The notes beneath the pieces were generated by a model, which saw only the letters and a list, made by a program, of their open reading frames with translations, did not search any database and had not been told where the DNA came from. 64,000 bases of DNA from positions 1,760,001 to 1,824,000 of the forward strand of contig OY843592.1 in assembly GCA_963692865.2 (NCBI GenBank), written 5' to 3'. Position numbers and translations under genes: made by a program. This DNA comes from a bacterium. Lineage in GTDB: Bacteria > UBA8248. Shown here piece after piece: positions 19,311 to 28,748 of the stretch; position 1 is the first letter of the stretch, and each line of letters starts with the position of its first letter.

Positions 19311-19435
19311 CCAGGCGTTCGCCGTTTCTTGTGTTTGAATTTCGATTGAACTCCAACGCAATAGCCATCGCGCCGCGCACCCGCTTGCTTCGCCGCCCGC
19401 CCGCGCGGAGAATGCGGACGTGATAACGGAGGAGC

Positions 19436-19858
19436 ATGATGACTTCACCCGAAGCCGAGCGCGCGGAACCCGCCGGTGAATCCGCGCGGGGCGACTTTCT
19501 CCTCTACGACGGCGAGTGCCCGTTCTGCCGCTTCTACGCGCGGAAATCGGAGTTTCGCGCGCCGGACGGACGGCCCTTGAAGCTCATCGACGCGAACCGC
19601 GCGCCCGGACTCGTGGCCGATCTTCGAAAACACGGCTGCGAGGCCGAGGAGGGGATGGCGCTCGTCCTGGAGGGCAAGCGCTATCAGGGCGCGGCGGCGA
19701 TGACGGCGCTCGAAGCGATGACGGGCGGAGGCCGGCTCCGCAGGCTCGCCGGGTGGTTCGCCTCGAATCCGGCGCGCGCCCGCGCCGTCTACCCGTGGCT
19801 GCGGAGGCTGCGCGCCGCGGCCCTTTGGGTGAAGGGCAAGCGCGGTTTGAGGCGGTGA
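19436..19858 (+). CDS. DCC1-like thiol-disulfide oxidoreductase (DUF393)
   Basis: LYDGECPFC (DxxCxxC). Confidence 0.8.
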   Translation: MMTSPEAERAEPAGESARGDFLLYDGECPFCRFYARKSEFRAPDGRPLKLIDANRAPGLVADLRKHGCEAEEGMALVLEGKRYQGAAAMTALEAMTGGGRLRRLAGWFASNPARARAVYPWLRRLRAAALWVKGKRGLRR

Positions 19859-20254
19859 GGGGCAACCCTTCCGGGTTGTCCTGGATCGTATTCACTCCGA
19901 TACAGGAGGGCGCAGGGGCCTGTCCCGGCACACGTCATTCGGCGGTGGCGCAGGACCGTTACGGGCTTGTTGAAAAACGCCTCTCCGCTTCATCCTGAGT
20001 AGCGGCGAAGCCGCGCATAGAGCGTACGAGGCGGTGTGATGATGTCGCCCGTAGACCGTTATTCCGGCGCAAACCCGCAGTCCCGCCGGTTTTGCCGTAG
20101 GGGCCGCATGATATGTCAGACATATATGTCTGACCCACGCCGGCCCTGAAGTTCACTCCCCCCTTGAGGGTCGGCCTTCTCTAATCGGGTAGGGCAAGTC
20201 AAGTTCCTCTCCCCTGGTTCTGTCAGACCTGTTCCGCCTTTGGCTGCAGATGAC

Positions 20255-20430
20255 GCTCCATGGGGGTCTCGCTTCTCTTCGTGATCGACTCCCGAGCCGG
20301 GGGCCGTCAACAGGATGGGATCGGAGAACGAAGTGGAACAATCTTTCCTGCGCCCTCGCATCGTCACCGACGCAGCGGGGCTAGGCCGACAGCGTACTCA
20401 CTTCGTCCCTCGTCCCCACGGGAGCATCCC
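20255..20430 (-). ncRNA. Putative bridge RNA / seekRNA of the IS1111-type element (boundaries approximate)
   Basis: Target guides GUCGGCCU (20383-20390) and AGGAAAG (20343-20349) in an internal loop; donor guides CCCAUC (20314-20319) and AGAGAAG (20272-20278) flanking a second stem. Confidence 0.8.
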
Positions 20431-20488
20431 CCGCCGAGGCGGAAGCTACAGGGTTTGTCTGTGGTCCTCCTTCTTCAGTGTCTCGACC

Positions 20489-21529
20489 TCAGGCAGCCGA
20501 AGCATCCGCGCCGTCGCGCTTCCAGCGGAACTCACTGCCATCCATCCACATGCGGTGCATGATGACGCCGAGCCGGCGGGCGAGCGCAACCTTCGCGCGC
20601 GACTTGCCGCGACGCTTCGCCACACCCATCGCCCAGGCTTTCAGCCATGACCACCGCGTCGTGCGCCCGAGCAAGACGTTGGCGGCTTCGTAGAGCGCCG
20701 CGCGCATCATCGCGTCGCCGCATTTGGAGATGCTTCCCGTGCGGTCGACCTCTCCGGATTGCCATTTGCGAGGCACAAGCCCGAAGTGCGCGCCCACCGA
20801 GCGCGAGCGCGCAAAACGCGATGGCACGTCGACGCTCGCCCGGAAGGTGAGCGCCGTCACCGGACCCACGCCGGGAACCGTCATCAGGCGCCGGCAGACC
20901 GGATCGGCTCGCGCCGCCTCCAGCATCATCCTGTGCAGCCGGACGTATTCCGCCAGCAGCGCAGAGCGAGCCCGCAGCATCGGCGCCACCAGGCGCGCCA
21001 ACTCCGGGCGCTCCGCGACCAGACACCCTACACGCGCCTCCAAACCGCGACGGGTGACCTTGCCCATCTTCAGCCCGAAGTTGCGCAGCGTGCCCCGGAT
21101 GTGGGCCTCGGCGTCGCACAACTGCTTCAGCATGAACCTGCGGTTGGCGAGGAGCATGCGTTTTTCCTGGCTCGACACCGTCTTCACGTGCACCGGGCGA
21201 ATCAGGTTCGCGCGAACCAACTGGGCGATGCCGCGCGCGTCGTCGCGGTCGCTCTTGTTCACCGTCGCCGAGAGCACCGCCTTCAGTTGCCGCGTCTCGG
21301 CGCAAACCACCGGGAACCCGGCCTCGGCCAGACCGTCATGGAGCCACTGTGACAGCGGCCCCGCCTCCAGGCAGATGCGCGTTACGCCGAAGGCCAGTCC
21401 GGTGAAGAACGCCACGAGGGCCGCGGGTTCGCTCGCGACCTTCGCCTCCCGGACGATCCCGCCCTCCGCGTCCACCACGCACACACTCGTCCACTCCAAC
21501 GACACGTCGAGTCCTGCAAAGTAGTTCAT
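20489..21529 (-). CDS. IS110 family DEDD transposase/recombinase
   Basis: AGLDVS, CLEAG, KSDRDDA (DEDD), VPGVG, GLVP..WQSG catalytic Ser; AGGAGG RBS. Confidence 0.95.
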   Translation of the reverse strand: MNYFAGLDVSLEWTSVCVVDAEGGIVREAKVASEPAALVAFFTGLAFGVTRICLEAGPLSQWLHDGLAEAGFPVVCAETRQLKAVLSATVNKSDRDDARGIAQLVRANLIRPVHVKTVSSQEKRMLLANRRFMLKQLCDAEAHIRGTLRNFGLKMGKVTRRGLEARVGCLVAERPELARLVAPMLRARSALLAEYVRLHRMMLEAARADPVCRRLMTVPGVGPVTALTFRASVDVPSRFARSRSVGAHFGLVPRKWQSGEVDRTGSISKCGDAMMRAALYEAANVLLGRTTRWSWLKAWAMGVAKRRGKSRAKVALARRLGVIMHRMWMDGSEFRWKRDGADASAA

Positions 21530-21939
21530 GACTGCTCCTCCTGCGGGCGCGTAGAGACCGGACCATCCCGGCCTCGCCTCGAATCATAAGGCAGAGGAAC
21601 ATCCGCCACACGCGGTAGTTCGCAGACCAACCCGATTACCCCATCTTTCCTCCTCGGGAAGGCCGACGATGAGGCAAGGGCGAAGCCCGCAGGCGAGTTG
21701 GTGGGGGGACATGCCACAGAGTAAATCTCCCCCCACCGGTTTAGCCTTCGCAAAAAACGCTCGGCTTCACCGTTGGGCTTTCCCCTCGGGAAGCCCAACC
21801 CTCAAGGGGGGAGTGATTTCTTTTCTCATTCTCGGCCGGCTTCGTATACCCAATCATCCCGCACCGGAGTTTTTCAACAACCCCACAGATGCGGCCCGCC
21901 CGGCCTCGCCTTTTGTTCAGGAAAACCCCCCGATTCGCC

Positions 21940-22575
21940 CGGGGTTGCGTCCGCATTCGGTCGGCGGTTTACCGCTTTTTTTCGATAAATGCCCGAATTG
22001 CGCCCGGCCACGCATTTCCCCGCAATTGCCGTGCTCGCCCGAGGCGCGGCCTGCGCTATCGTGCGCCCCGCGCGGGAAAACGATTTTCCCGCATCGGCGG
22101 AAATCGAACCGAAGGGAGCGGAGGCTTTCTCATGGAATCGGGCGATGGGGTGAGGGTGAAAACGGGGAGACTTTCCGCACGGGCCGCGAACGCTCGCTCG
22201 CGTCGAACCCTTCTTCCTCAGCCGGGTTCGGCCTCCTTCCCGGCCGGGTTCGGCCCGCGGGAGCAGGCCTGCGCCACCGCCCGGCGAAGGCTGGCCACGA
22301 AAGGCAGGACAACCACGGGGGGTTGTCCCTACATGGGCTCATGGACGGCGAGGAAAATGAAAATAATCCTATTTTGGATAAAATTGTATAAATTCAGGGG
22401 GTTTTTGGATAAATTCCTGAAAACGGACGGAAAGGGATTGGAGAAGAAAATCGTTTTATTTCAACGATTTATACCGTAACCATAATACGGAGCATGAAGA
22501 TTTTATCGAATTTTACAGGAAATAAAAATTTTTTCGGACCCGCGCATTTGCCCGCATCTGCGCGCATTTGCCCGC
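21940..22575. repeat. Non-coding tract with 10-bp-period tandem repeats
   Basis: CGCATTTCCC-CGCAATTGCC (22011-22030); GGATAAAATT-GTATAAATTC (22376-22395); CGCGCATTTG-CCCGCATCTG-CGCGCATTTG-CCCGC (22541-22575). Confidence 0.6.
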
Positions 22576-22583
22576 GCGGGGGA

Positions 22584-23645
22584 TCAGGGGGCGCCGCCGA
22601 GGCAGGGGGAAACCTCCCGGACGAAGCGGGCGGCCACGTCGCGCCAGCCGCGCGACGCCGCGCGCTCGATTCCCCGGCGGCCCAGCTCCCCGCGCAGGGC
22701 CTCGTTCTCCAGCAGGTCGATGAGCGCGCCGGCCAGGGCGTCGTCGTCCCCCGGCGGCGGCAGAAGGCCCGCATCGCCCACCGTCTCGGGCGCCGCCGCG
22801 GCGTCGAGGGCCACCACGGGCAGGCCCGCCGCCATGGCTTCCAGGAAGGCGATGCCGAAGCCCTCCTGCAGCGAGGGCAGGCAGAAGACGTCCGCCGCCG
22901 CGTATTCACGCCGCACGGCCGCATCGTCGGTCACCTCGCCCAGGAGCGTGACGGCGCTCTCCAAGCCGAGCCCCGCCACCTGTTTCTCGAGACTCCTCAA
23001 GGACGGCCCCCCGCCCACGACGCGCAGCTTCGCGCCGGGCGCGGCCTCGAGCACCCTCGGCATGGCCCGGATGAGGCTCCTCGTGTTCTTCCTGGGGTAT
23101 TGCCGCGCCACCGAGAGGATGGCGCCGCCCGCCGGGCGCCGCATCGCGCGCACGCGCTCCCAGTCGGCCGGATGGATGCCGTTCCCCACGACGCCGACCT
23201 TCTCCGCCGCCAGCCCGTACGCCCCGCACGCCACGCCCCGGCTGTATTCGCTGGTGACGATGACCCTGTCGGCCCGCCCCGCGTTGGCGCGCTCGATATG
23301 GGAGAGGGCGCGCAGGTACTGGCGCGGCGCGCCGCGCTCGAAGCGCATCTCGTCCGCCGAGACGCCGTGCAGATAGACGACGAACGGGACGTCGACGCGC
23401 AGATGGAAGCCGTCGATGTCGAAGCCCACGAGGAGGTCGAAATCACCGGGCGACACGCGGTCCTCCAGCTCCAGGTTGTAGAGGAGCCTCCCGAGCAGCA
23501 GGCTCGACGCGCGCTCGTTCGGGGCGATGATCTCCACCGAATGGCCGCTCGCCTCCAGCCCGCCCGCCAGGCCCGTGATGGCCGCCGCCGTGCCCGAGCC
23601 TCTCGCTACGTCGAGGGTCCAGGAGTTCAAGAAAGCGATGCGCAA
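22584..23645 (-). CDS. Glycosyltransferase family 4
   Basis: NGI, RKN, DVFCLPSLQEGFGIAFLEAMAAGLPVV (E-x7-E). Confidence 0.9.
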   Translation of the reverse strand: MRIAFLNSWTLDVARGSGTAAAITGLAGGLEASGHSVEIIAPNERASSLLLGRLLYNLELEDRVSPGDFDLLVGFDIDGFHLRVDVPFVVYLHGVSADEMRFERGAPRQYLRALSHIERANAGRADRVIVTSEYSRGVACGAYGLAAEKVGVVGNGIHPADWERVRAMRRPAGGAILSVARQYPRKNTRSLIRAMPRVLEAAPGAKLRVVGGGPSLRSLEKQVAGLGLESAVTLLGEVTDDAAVRREYAAADVFCLPSLQEGFGIAFLEAMAAGLPVVALDAAAAPETVGDAGLLPPPGDDDALAGALIDLLENEALRGELGRRGIERAASRGWRDVAARFVREVSPCLGGAP

Positions 23646-23717
23646 ACCCCGCCTCTCCCCGAAAAGAAAAGAGGGCGCAATTCCGCGCCCTCCGCACTCG
23701 CGCTCCGGATGGAGGCG

Positions 23718-24056
23718 CTACCCCTGTAACGCCTGGTCCGACTTGGCCGCGAAGACGAAATCGCTCTCCGTCAAGCCGTCTATCTTGTGCGTCCAGACGG
23801 TGACCTTCACCTTCCCCCAAGCCAGATAGATGTCGGGATGATGGCCCTGCTCCTCGGCCATCTCGCCCACGCGGTTCGTGAAGTCGAGCGCCGCGCGGAA
23901 ATCGGGGAAGCCGTATTCCTTCTCCAGATGGTGCTCGTCCACCACGCGCCAATCGCCGCCCAGCCGATCCTGCAGGGCGGAGAGTTCCTCCCCCTTGAGC
24001 GGGGGCACGCCGCCCTTGCAGGGCACGCATTCCTTGGCCGCAAGTTCGCTGCTCAT
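23718..24056 (-). CDS. phhB: Pterin-4-alpha-carbinolamine dehydratase
   Basis: CVPC N-terminus, AEEQGHHPDI, WTHKIDGLTESDFVFAAK. Confidence 0.9.
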   Translation of the reverse strand: MSSELAAKECVPCKGGVPPLKGEELSALQDRLGGDWRVVDEHHLEKEYGFPDFRAALDFTNRVGEMAEEQGHHPDIYLAWGKVKVTVWTHKIDGLTESDFVFAAKSDQALQG

Positions 24057-24143
24057 GGATTTTCCACTCCTCTGTATGGATGATGAAACGACCCGGTCGC
24101 TCGCCTCATCATCCCCTCTTTCCCCCGAAGCCGCAAGGCCGCG

Positions 24144-25295
24144 TCACCCGCCCTTGAGCGCGGGCATCACCTCCCGGGCGAACTTCTCCATGCTGGACGC
24201 GGCCTTCTCCACGCCCAGGTTCCCGAAATGAAAGTAGATGACCATCCCGCCGAAGTTCATCCGGTCTTTCTGGGCCATCAATTCATCGCGCACCTCATCG
24301 GCGGTCCCCACGGCCGCCATGCCATCATTCATGAGTTGCTCGGGCGTCCGCGCCTCCTCGCCGATCAGACCCAGGGGTTTCTCCGCCCCGGGCGCGTCCG
24401 CGGTTTCCGGCTTCGGGGACGCGGGCTCCGGCAGGCTGCCCGGAAAGCGGCGCCCGAGTTCCGCCAGAATCTCGGGCTGCGCGCCGTAGAGGTTTCGCCA
24501 GTAATACGAGAGCGCCGGCCCCGCCTCATCAATCGCCTGGGCGCGCGAATCCGCCACGTAGACCTGGTGTTCGAGCCAGACGTGCTCCGCCCCCGCCTCC
24601 CAGCCGCGGGCGCGGCAGCGCTCGCGGTAACGGGCCGCCTTTTCGAGCAAGTCCCTGAAGGGCCTGTGGCTCAGCACGACGGGGGTCCTCGTCTTGGCGC
24701 CCCAGTCGAGCGAGGCGTCGGAATCCGCCGGGAAGAGGATCGGCGGATGGGGCCGCTGCCAGGGCCGCGTCCAGAGCTGGCAGCGCGGGTAGCGGAAGTA
24801 CTCGCCCTCCCAGTCGAACGGCTCGCGCTCGCGCCAGGCCTTCACGATGAACTCCCACGCCTCCTGAAAGCGCCCCCGGCTCTCGGCCGGGTCCACGTTG
24901 TAGGCCAGATACTCCCTGTGCGCCCCGCGCAGGAACCCGGCCACGACCCGCCCGCCGCTCAGCACGTCGAGCGCCGCGACCTCCTCCGCCACGCGCAAGG
25001 GCTGGGGATAGAGCGGCAGACAATAGCCGAGTATCGCGATCTTCGCCCGCCGCGTCCGCGCGGCGATGTGGCCCGCGAAGACGCCCGGCGTGGGCATCGA
25101 GCCGAAGTGCGTGCCGTGGTGCTCGTTCAGGCCGATTCCGTCGATTCCCGCCGCCTCGACGCGCTCCCAGAAGCGGAAATGCGACTCCCACAGGGCGTGG
25201 GCCTTGCGGGCGTCGAACTCCGAGGCGTCGTGCGGATAGCGCGTCCTGCCCTCCAGGTAGGGCCAGGGGATGGTGTCGAACGAATAGATTTGCAC
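24144..25295 (-). CDS. LLM-class flavin-dependent oxidoreductase
   Basis: NEHH, PLRVAEEVAALDVLSGGR, P.QRPHPP. Confidence 0.85.
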   Translation of the reverse strand: MQIYSFDTIPWPYLEGRTRYPHDASEFDARKAHALWESHFRFWERVEAAGIDGIGLNEHHGTHFGSMPTPGVFAGHIAARTRRAKIAILGYCLPLYPQPLRVAEEVAALDVLSGGRVVAGFLRGAHREYLAYNVDPAESRGRFQEAWEFIVKAWREREPFDWEGEYFRYPRCQLWTRPWQRPHPPILFPADSDASLDWGAKTRTPVVLSHRPFRDLLEKAARYRERCRARGWEAGAEHVWLEHQVYVADSRAQAIDEAGPALSYYWRNLYGAQPEILAELGRRFPGSLPEPASPKPETADAPGAEKPLGLIGEEARTPEQLMNDGMAAVGTADEVRDELMAQKDRMNFGGMVIYFHFGNLGVEKAASSMEKFAREVMPALKGG

Positions 25296-25410
25296 GAATC
25301 CGCCCTCCCCGCCGCTGAACGCGTTCGCCCGCGCGGCGGATTCCGTTATCGCCGGAGCGAGGCCCGGGGAGGCGTCACTCCCCGTCGCCGAACACGAGGG
25401 AGGATTGAAT

Positions 25411-25486
25411 TGGTGGAGCTGAGGGGGATCGAACCCCTGACCTCATGACTGCCAGTCATGCGCTCTCCCAGCTGAGCTACAGCCCC
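25411..25486 (-). tRNA. tRNA-Ala (GGC)
   Basis: GGGGCTGTAGCTCAGCTGGGAGAGCGCATGACTGGCAGTCATGAGGTCAGGGGTTCGATCCCCCTCAGCTCCACCA; G3:U70; encoded CCA. Confidence 0.97.
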
Positions 25487-25527
25487 ATGCAGGTGGAATT
25501 TCCTGAAAACCCCGAGGGGTGCGAAGG

Positions 25528-25557
25528 AATGTAGCGGAAACCGCGAGTCTAAGTCAA
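25528..25557 (-). promoter_or_regulatory. Candidate sigma70 promoter for tRNA-Ala
   Basis: TTGACT-N18-TACATT on minus strand. Confidence 0.45.
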
Positions 25558-25583
25558 CGCAGAAACGAGTGGAACGAAGCGTC

Positions 25584-26663
25584 TTAACCGCCGGGGTCGG
25601 GCTCGCGAACGAATGCCCGCACCTGATCCGCAAGGTCTGTGAAATCGGCGGCGCCCGTCGCGTCTTCGGCCAGGATTTCCACCTCATCCGGCCCGCTCGC
25701 GCCGAGACCGAGTTCGACCGCGCGCCTGATCTGGCGGTGCGACCAGACGGGATAATCGCGCAGGAGCTCGGCGCCCATCGCGCGCACCACGGACGCGCCC
25801 ACAACGTCGACGGCGATGCGGTCGTCCCCTGCGATGATCACGTCCGGCGCGCGCTCCTCCCCGGTGTAGGGGCCGCCTGATATCCAGCACTTCGTCCCGT
25901 CGAGCACGATCAGGGAAGGTGAATAGAGCAGGTTCGTCTCCATGATCATCTCCGCCATCTGGGAGACGAAATGCGCGCGAACGCGGTCTCTCGGGTGCAC
26001 GAACCCGTAGACGTTCTTGAGCGAGAGGCTGAAGCGCGGCCCCCCGCCGTGGCTCTTCATGGTGGGCAGGTTGACGACGTGCCCCCCGGGCCGCATGAGG
26101 CGCTCGATGCAGTGCACCCACCCGCCCCAGCGTATCGCACCAGGCACGCGGGCCTTCACCCAGGGCTCCTCATCGAAGCGCAGGAGGCTCACGCCCGTCC
26201 GCGCCTGAAAATCGTTCATCCCCCAGCGCTCGAAATTCCCGCGCGCGGGCAGGGATAGCAAGCCGCCCATCTCGCCCACGGCCAGATCGCCGCAGCCCGC
26301 CTCTTTCAGGAGGGCGACGACGGTTTCGAGCGTATCGGGATGCGTCGAGGCCGGGAACGGATCGGCCGAGTTGAAGTTGGGCTTCAGGAGCGCAGGCGCA
26401 GGCGAGTCGATGATGTGCCGGACCCCGCCCAGTTTCTCGACCGCCAGGCGTATGGCCTCATCGCGCGTTTTCCCGCGCACCAGGGCCACGAGGCTCTTGC
26501 CGTCTCTCTTGAGCCGGGGCGCGCGGAGGGGCGGGACTTCCGCTTCGGGGTAAACCTGCTTCGTCTCCTGGAGCGCGCGGTAGGCGGCCGATTCGTCGAA
26601 ATCGAGGACTTTCCTGAAATTCTCGGCGCGCGTCGCCACCGGCGTATCGAGCGGCACTATCAT
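25584..26663 (-). CDS. DUF362 domain protein
   Basis: LLKPNF...STHP, VNLPTMKSH, SLSLKN, DRIAVD; start chosen by GGAGG RBS. Confidence 0.8.
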   Translation of the reverse strand: MIVPLDTPVATRAENFRKVLDFDESAAYRALQETKQVYPEAEVPPLRAPRLKRDGKSLVALVRGKTRDEAIRLAVEKLGGVRHIIDSPAPALLKPNFNSADPFPASTHPDTLETVVALLKEAGCGDLAVGEMGGLLSLPARGNFERWGMNDFQARTGVSLLRFDEEPWVKARVPGAIRWGGWVHCIERLMRPGGHVVNLPTMKSHGGGPRFSLSLKNVYGFVHPRDRVRAHFVSQMAEMIMETNLLYSPSLIVLDGTKCWISGGPYTGEERAPDVIIAGDDRIAVDVVGASVVRAMGAELLRDYPVWSHRQIRRAVELGLGASGPDEVEILAEDATGAADFTDLADQVRAFVREPDPGG

Positions 26664-26957
26664 TCTCGCATCCTCCCGAAGAAGATGGTTATCCTGAATT
26701 CCCCCAAAAATCATTCTACCCCGAAGGGCGGTTTTGCGAAACCATGCTTCGATGCTCTCATCTCCAGCGATGATGCCGGAACGAAAGCGGAGAGACAGCG
26801 GATATCTGCCCGGATGAAATTGTCTTTCGCCCGCTTCCTGTATTAGACTCTGGCCCCATCAGCGCAAGGCAGGACAAGCGAGTCCAATAGACGCATCGCC
26901 TCCCGAAGCCTCCCGAAGCGCCTCGACGACGATCCTGCACCTGAAGAAAGGTTTTTC

Positions 26958-27794
26958 ATGCTTTTTTTCGTTCAGTTCCTGGCGATGGGCCTGGGCGTCG
27001 GCGTGCTGGGCACGCTGGTGGGCGCGGGCGGCGGCTTCATCCTCACGCCCCTGCTCCTGCTGATCTTCACCGACCAGCCCTCAGAAGTCATCGCCGCCAC
27101 TTCGCTCAGCGTGGTCTGCCTGAACGCCCTTTCGGGTTCGGTCGCCTATTACCGCCAAAAGCGGATCGACATGAAGACCAGCGTTTCTTTCGCCCTGGCT
27201 GGCTCGGTCGGGGCGATCATCGGCGTCTTCGCCACAAGCGAGGTCGCGCGCGGGCCGTTCGACTTCCTGCTGGGCCTGGCCCTGCTGATCCTCTGCATCT
27301 CCATCATCAACCCGCCGCCTCCCTTAGAGGCGACAAGCAAAAGTCCGGGCGGCATCGGCGCGCTCGCGCACCGGCGCATCGTGGACAGCCAGGGCACAGT
27401 TTACGAATACGCCTTTCGCTTCCGGCTCGGCGCAGCCTTAAGCTCCATCGTGGGTTTTCTGGCGACCTTCCTCGGCATCGGGGGCGGCCCCATGCACGTG
27501 CCGCTGATGATACGGATCTTAAGGATTCCGCCACACATCGCCACCGCCACATCGCAGTGCGAACTACTCTTCACCACCGCCCTCGCCGTGGCGGCGCATT
27601 TCATCCTCGGAAACCTCCACGCGATGAAGAACGTCATCCTTCCCCTCGCGATCGGGATAATCGTAGGCGCGCAAGCGGGCGCCGCGATATCGCACCGGGT
27701 GAAATCCTTGACACTCACGCGCATCCTGGCGGTGTTGATGACGCTGGTCTCCCTGCAGCTTCTCTACAAGGGGGCGAGCGAATGGCTGTGGTGA
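26958..27794 (+). CDS. TauE/SafE sulfite exporter family
   Basis: GAGGGFILTP and GIGGG repeats; ATS motifs; multiple TM helices. Confidence 0.85.
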   Translation: MLFFVQFLAMGLGVGVLGTLVGAGGGFILTPLLLLIFTDQPSEVIAATSLSVVCLNALSGSVAYYRQKRIDMKTSVSFALAGSVGAIIGVFATSEVARGPFDFLLGLALLILCISIINPPPPLEATSKSPGGIGALAHRRIVDSQGTVYEYAFRFRLGAALSSIVGFLATFLGIGGGPMHVPLMIRILRIPPHIATATSQCELLFTTALAVAAHFILGNLHAMKNVILPLAIGIIVGAQAGAAISHRVKSLTLTRILAVLMTLVSLQLLYKGASEWLW

Positions 27795-27930
27795 TTCGCG
27801 CCTCGCTCTGGCAAACAAGCGCTGCGTATGTGAGAATGCAGCCTCTGGTGAAAGACCAATTGGACAATTCCATCCATTTCATTCAACGAGACGTCCGCAC
27901 GCAGCGGCGGACGAGAAGGAGAGTTTGAAC

Positions 27931-28713
27931 ATGTCGGATAGAGTAACCGTCGTCGAGGTAAAAGACAGAACCCTCTGGGTGGGGCTGAACCGCCCCAAAA
28001 CGCTGAACGCGATGAATTTCCAGATGATCAACGAAGTCATCGAAGCCTTCACGCGGCTCGATGAGGACCCCGACATCGGCGTGGGCGTTCTCTACGGCCT
28101 GAACGGGAATTTCTCATCGGGCGGCGACATGGACATGATGCTGGGTCTGAACTACCAGACGGGCCACGTCTGGAACAACAAGATGCGCCGCCTTTGCATG
28201 ACGCTCCGAAACTCCGGCAAGCCGACCATCGCCATGGTGCGCGGCTGGTGCATCGGCGGCGGCAACGAGTGGCAGCTCTACTGCGACCTGTGCATCGCGA
28301 GCGAGAACGCGACGTTCGGCCAGTCGGGCGCGCGCGTGGGCGCGCTGCCCGTGGTGGGCGCCACGCAGTACCTCCCGCTTCTGATGGGCGACCGCAGGGC
28401 GCGCGAGATGCTGTTCCTCGCCAAGCGCTACCCCGCGCAGGAGGCGAAGGAAGTCGGCCTCATCAACGAAGTCGTGCCGGATGACGAACTGGAGAAGACG
28501 ACCGAGGAGTGGTGCGCCACCATCAACTCCCACGCCCCGGCCACGCTGCGCTACATGAAGACGAACCTGAACTTCCTGGGCGACCTCCACTATCCCTCCT
28601 GGATGCACGGCAGCGAACTGCTGAACGCCGTGTGGAACAACGAGCAATCCGTCGAGGGAATGAACGCGTTCAAGGAGAAAAGGCCGCCGGATTTCAGCCG
28701 CTTCCCGAGGTAG
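27931..28713 (+). CDS. Crotonase superfamily, MenB/BadI-like enzyme
   Basis: LNRP..LNA, FSSGGD, IGGGNE, EGMNAFKEKRPPDF. Confidence 0.8.
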   Translation: MSDRVTVVEVKDRTLWVGLNRPKTLNAMNFQMINEVIEAFTRLDEDPDIGVGVLYGLNGNFSSGGDMDMMLGLNYQTGHVWNNKMRRLCMTLRNSGKPTIAMVRGWCIGGGNEWQLYCDLCIASENATFGQSGARVGALPVVGATQYLPLLMGDRRAREMLFLAKRYPAQEAKEVGLINEVVPDDELEKTTEEWCATINSHAPATLRYMKTNLNFLGDLHYPSWMHGSELLNAVWNNEQSVEGMNAFKEKRPPDFSRFPR

Positions 28714-28748
28714 GGAAACGATTCATTATCCCGGCCGCCGCACCCTTA

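Larger units (their letters stand above)
20176..21646 (-). mobile_element. IS110-superfamily, IS1111-type insertion sequence
   Basis: CT core at 20176-20177 and 21645-21646; subterminal IRs TAATCGGGT (20182-20190) / ACCCGATTA (21630-21638); ~310-bp non-coding region downstream of the transposase. Confidence 0.92.
19963..21884. repeat. Composite repeat with GGG(G/C)TTGTTGAAAAA terminal IRs, containing the ACTCCCCCCTTGAGG element that hosts the IS
   Basis: IRs at 19963-19977 and 21870-21884; removing the IS rejoins an element similar to 13007-13189. Confidence 0.8.

Noticed and set aside
20179-21652. Alternative IS boundaries with a CTC duplication (20179-20181 / 21650-21652)
   Set aside because: The CT core at 20176/21645 restores the TCCTC-loop hairpin seen elsewhere and matches all four RNA guides; the CTC option does not
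25411-25486. tRNA-Ala as attachment site of an integrated element
   Set aside because: No integrase and no duplicated tRNA 3' end seen in the window
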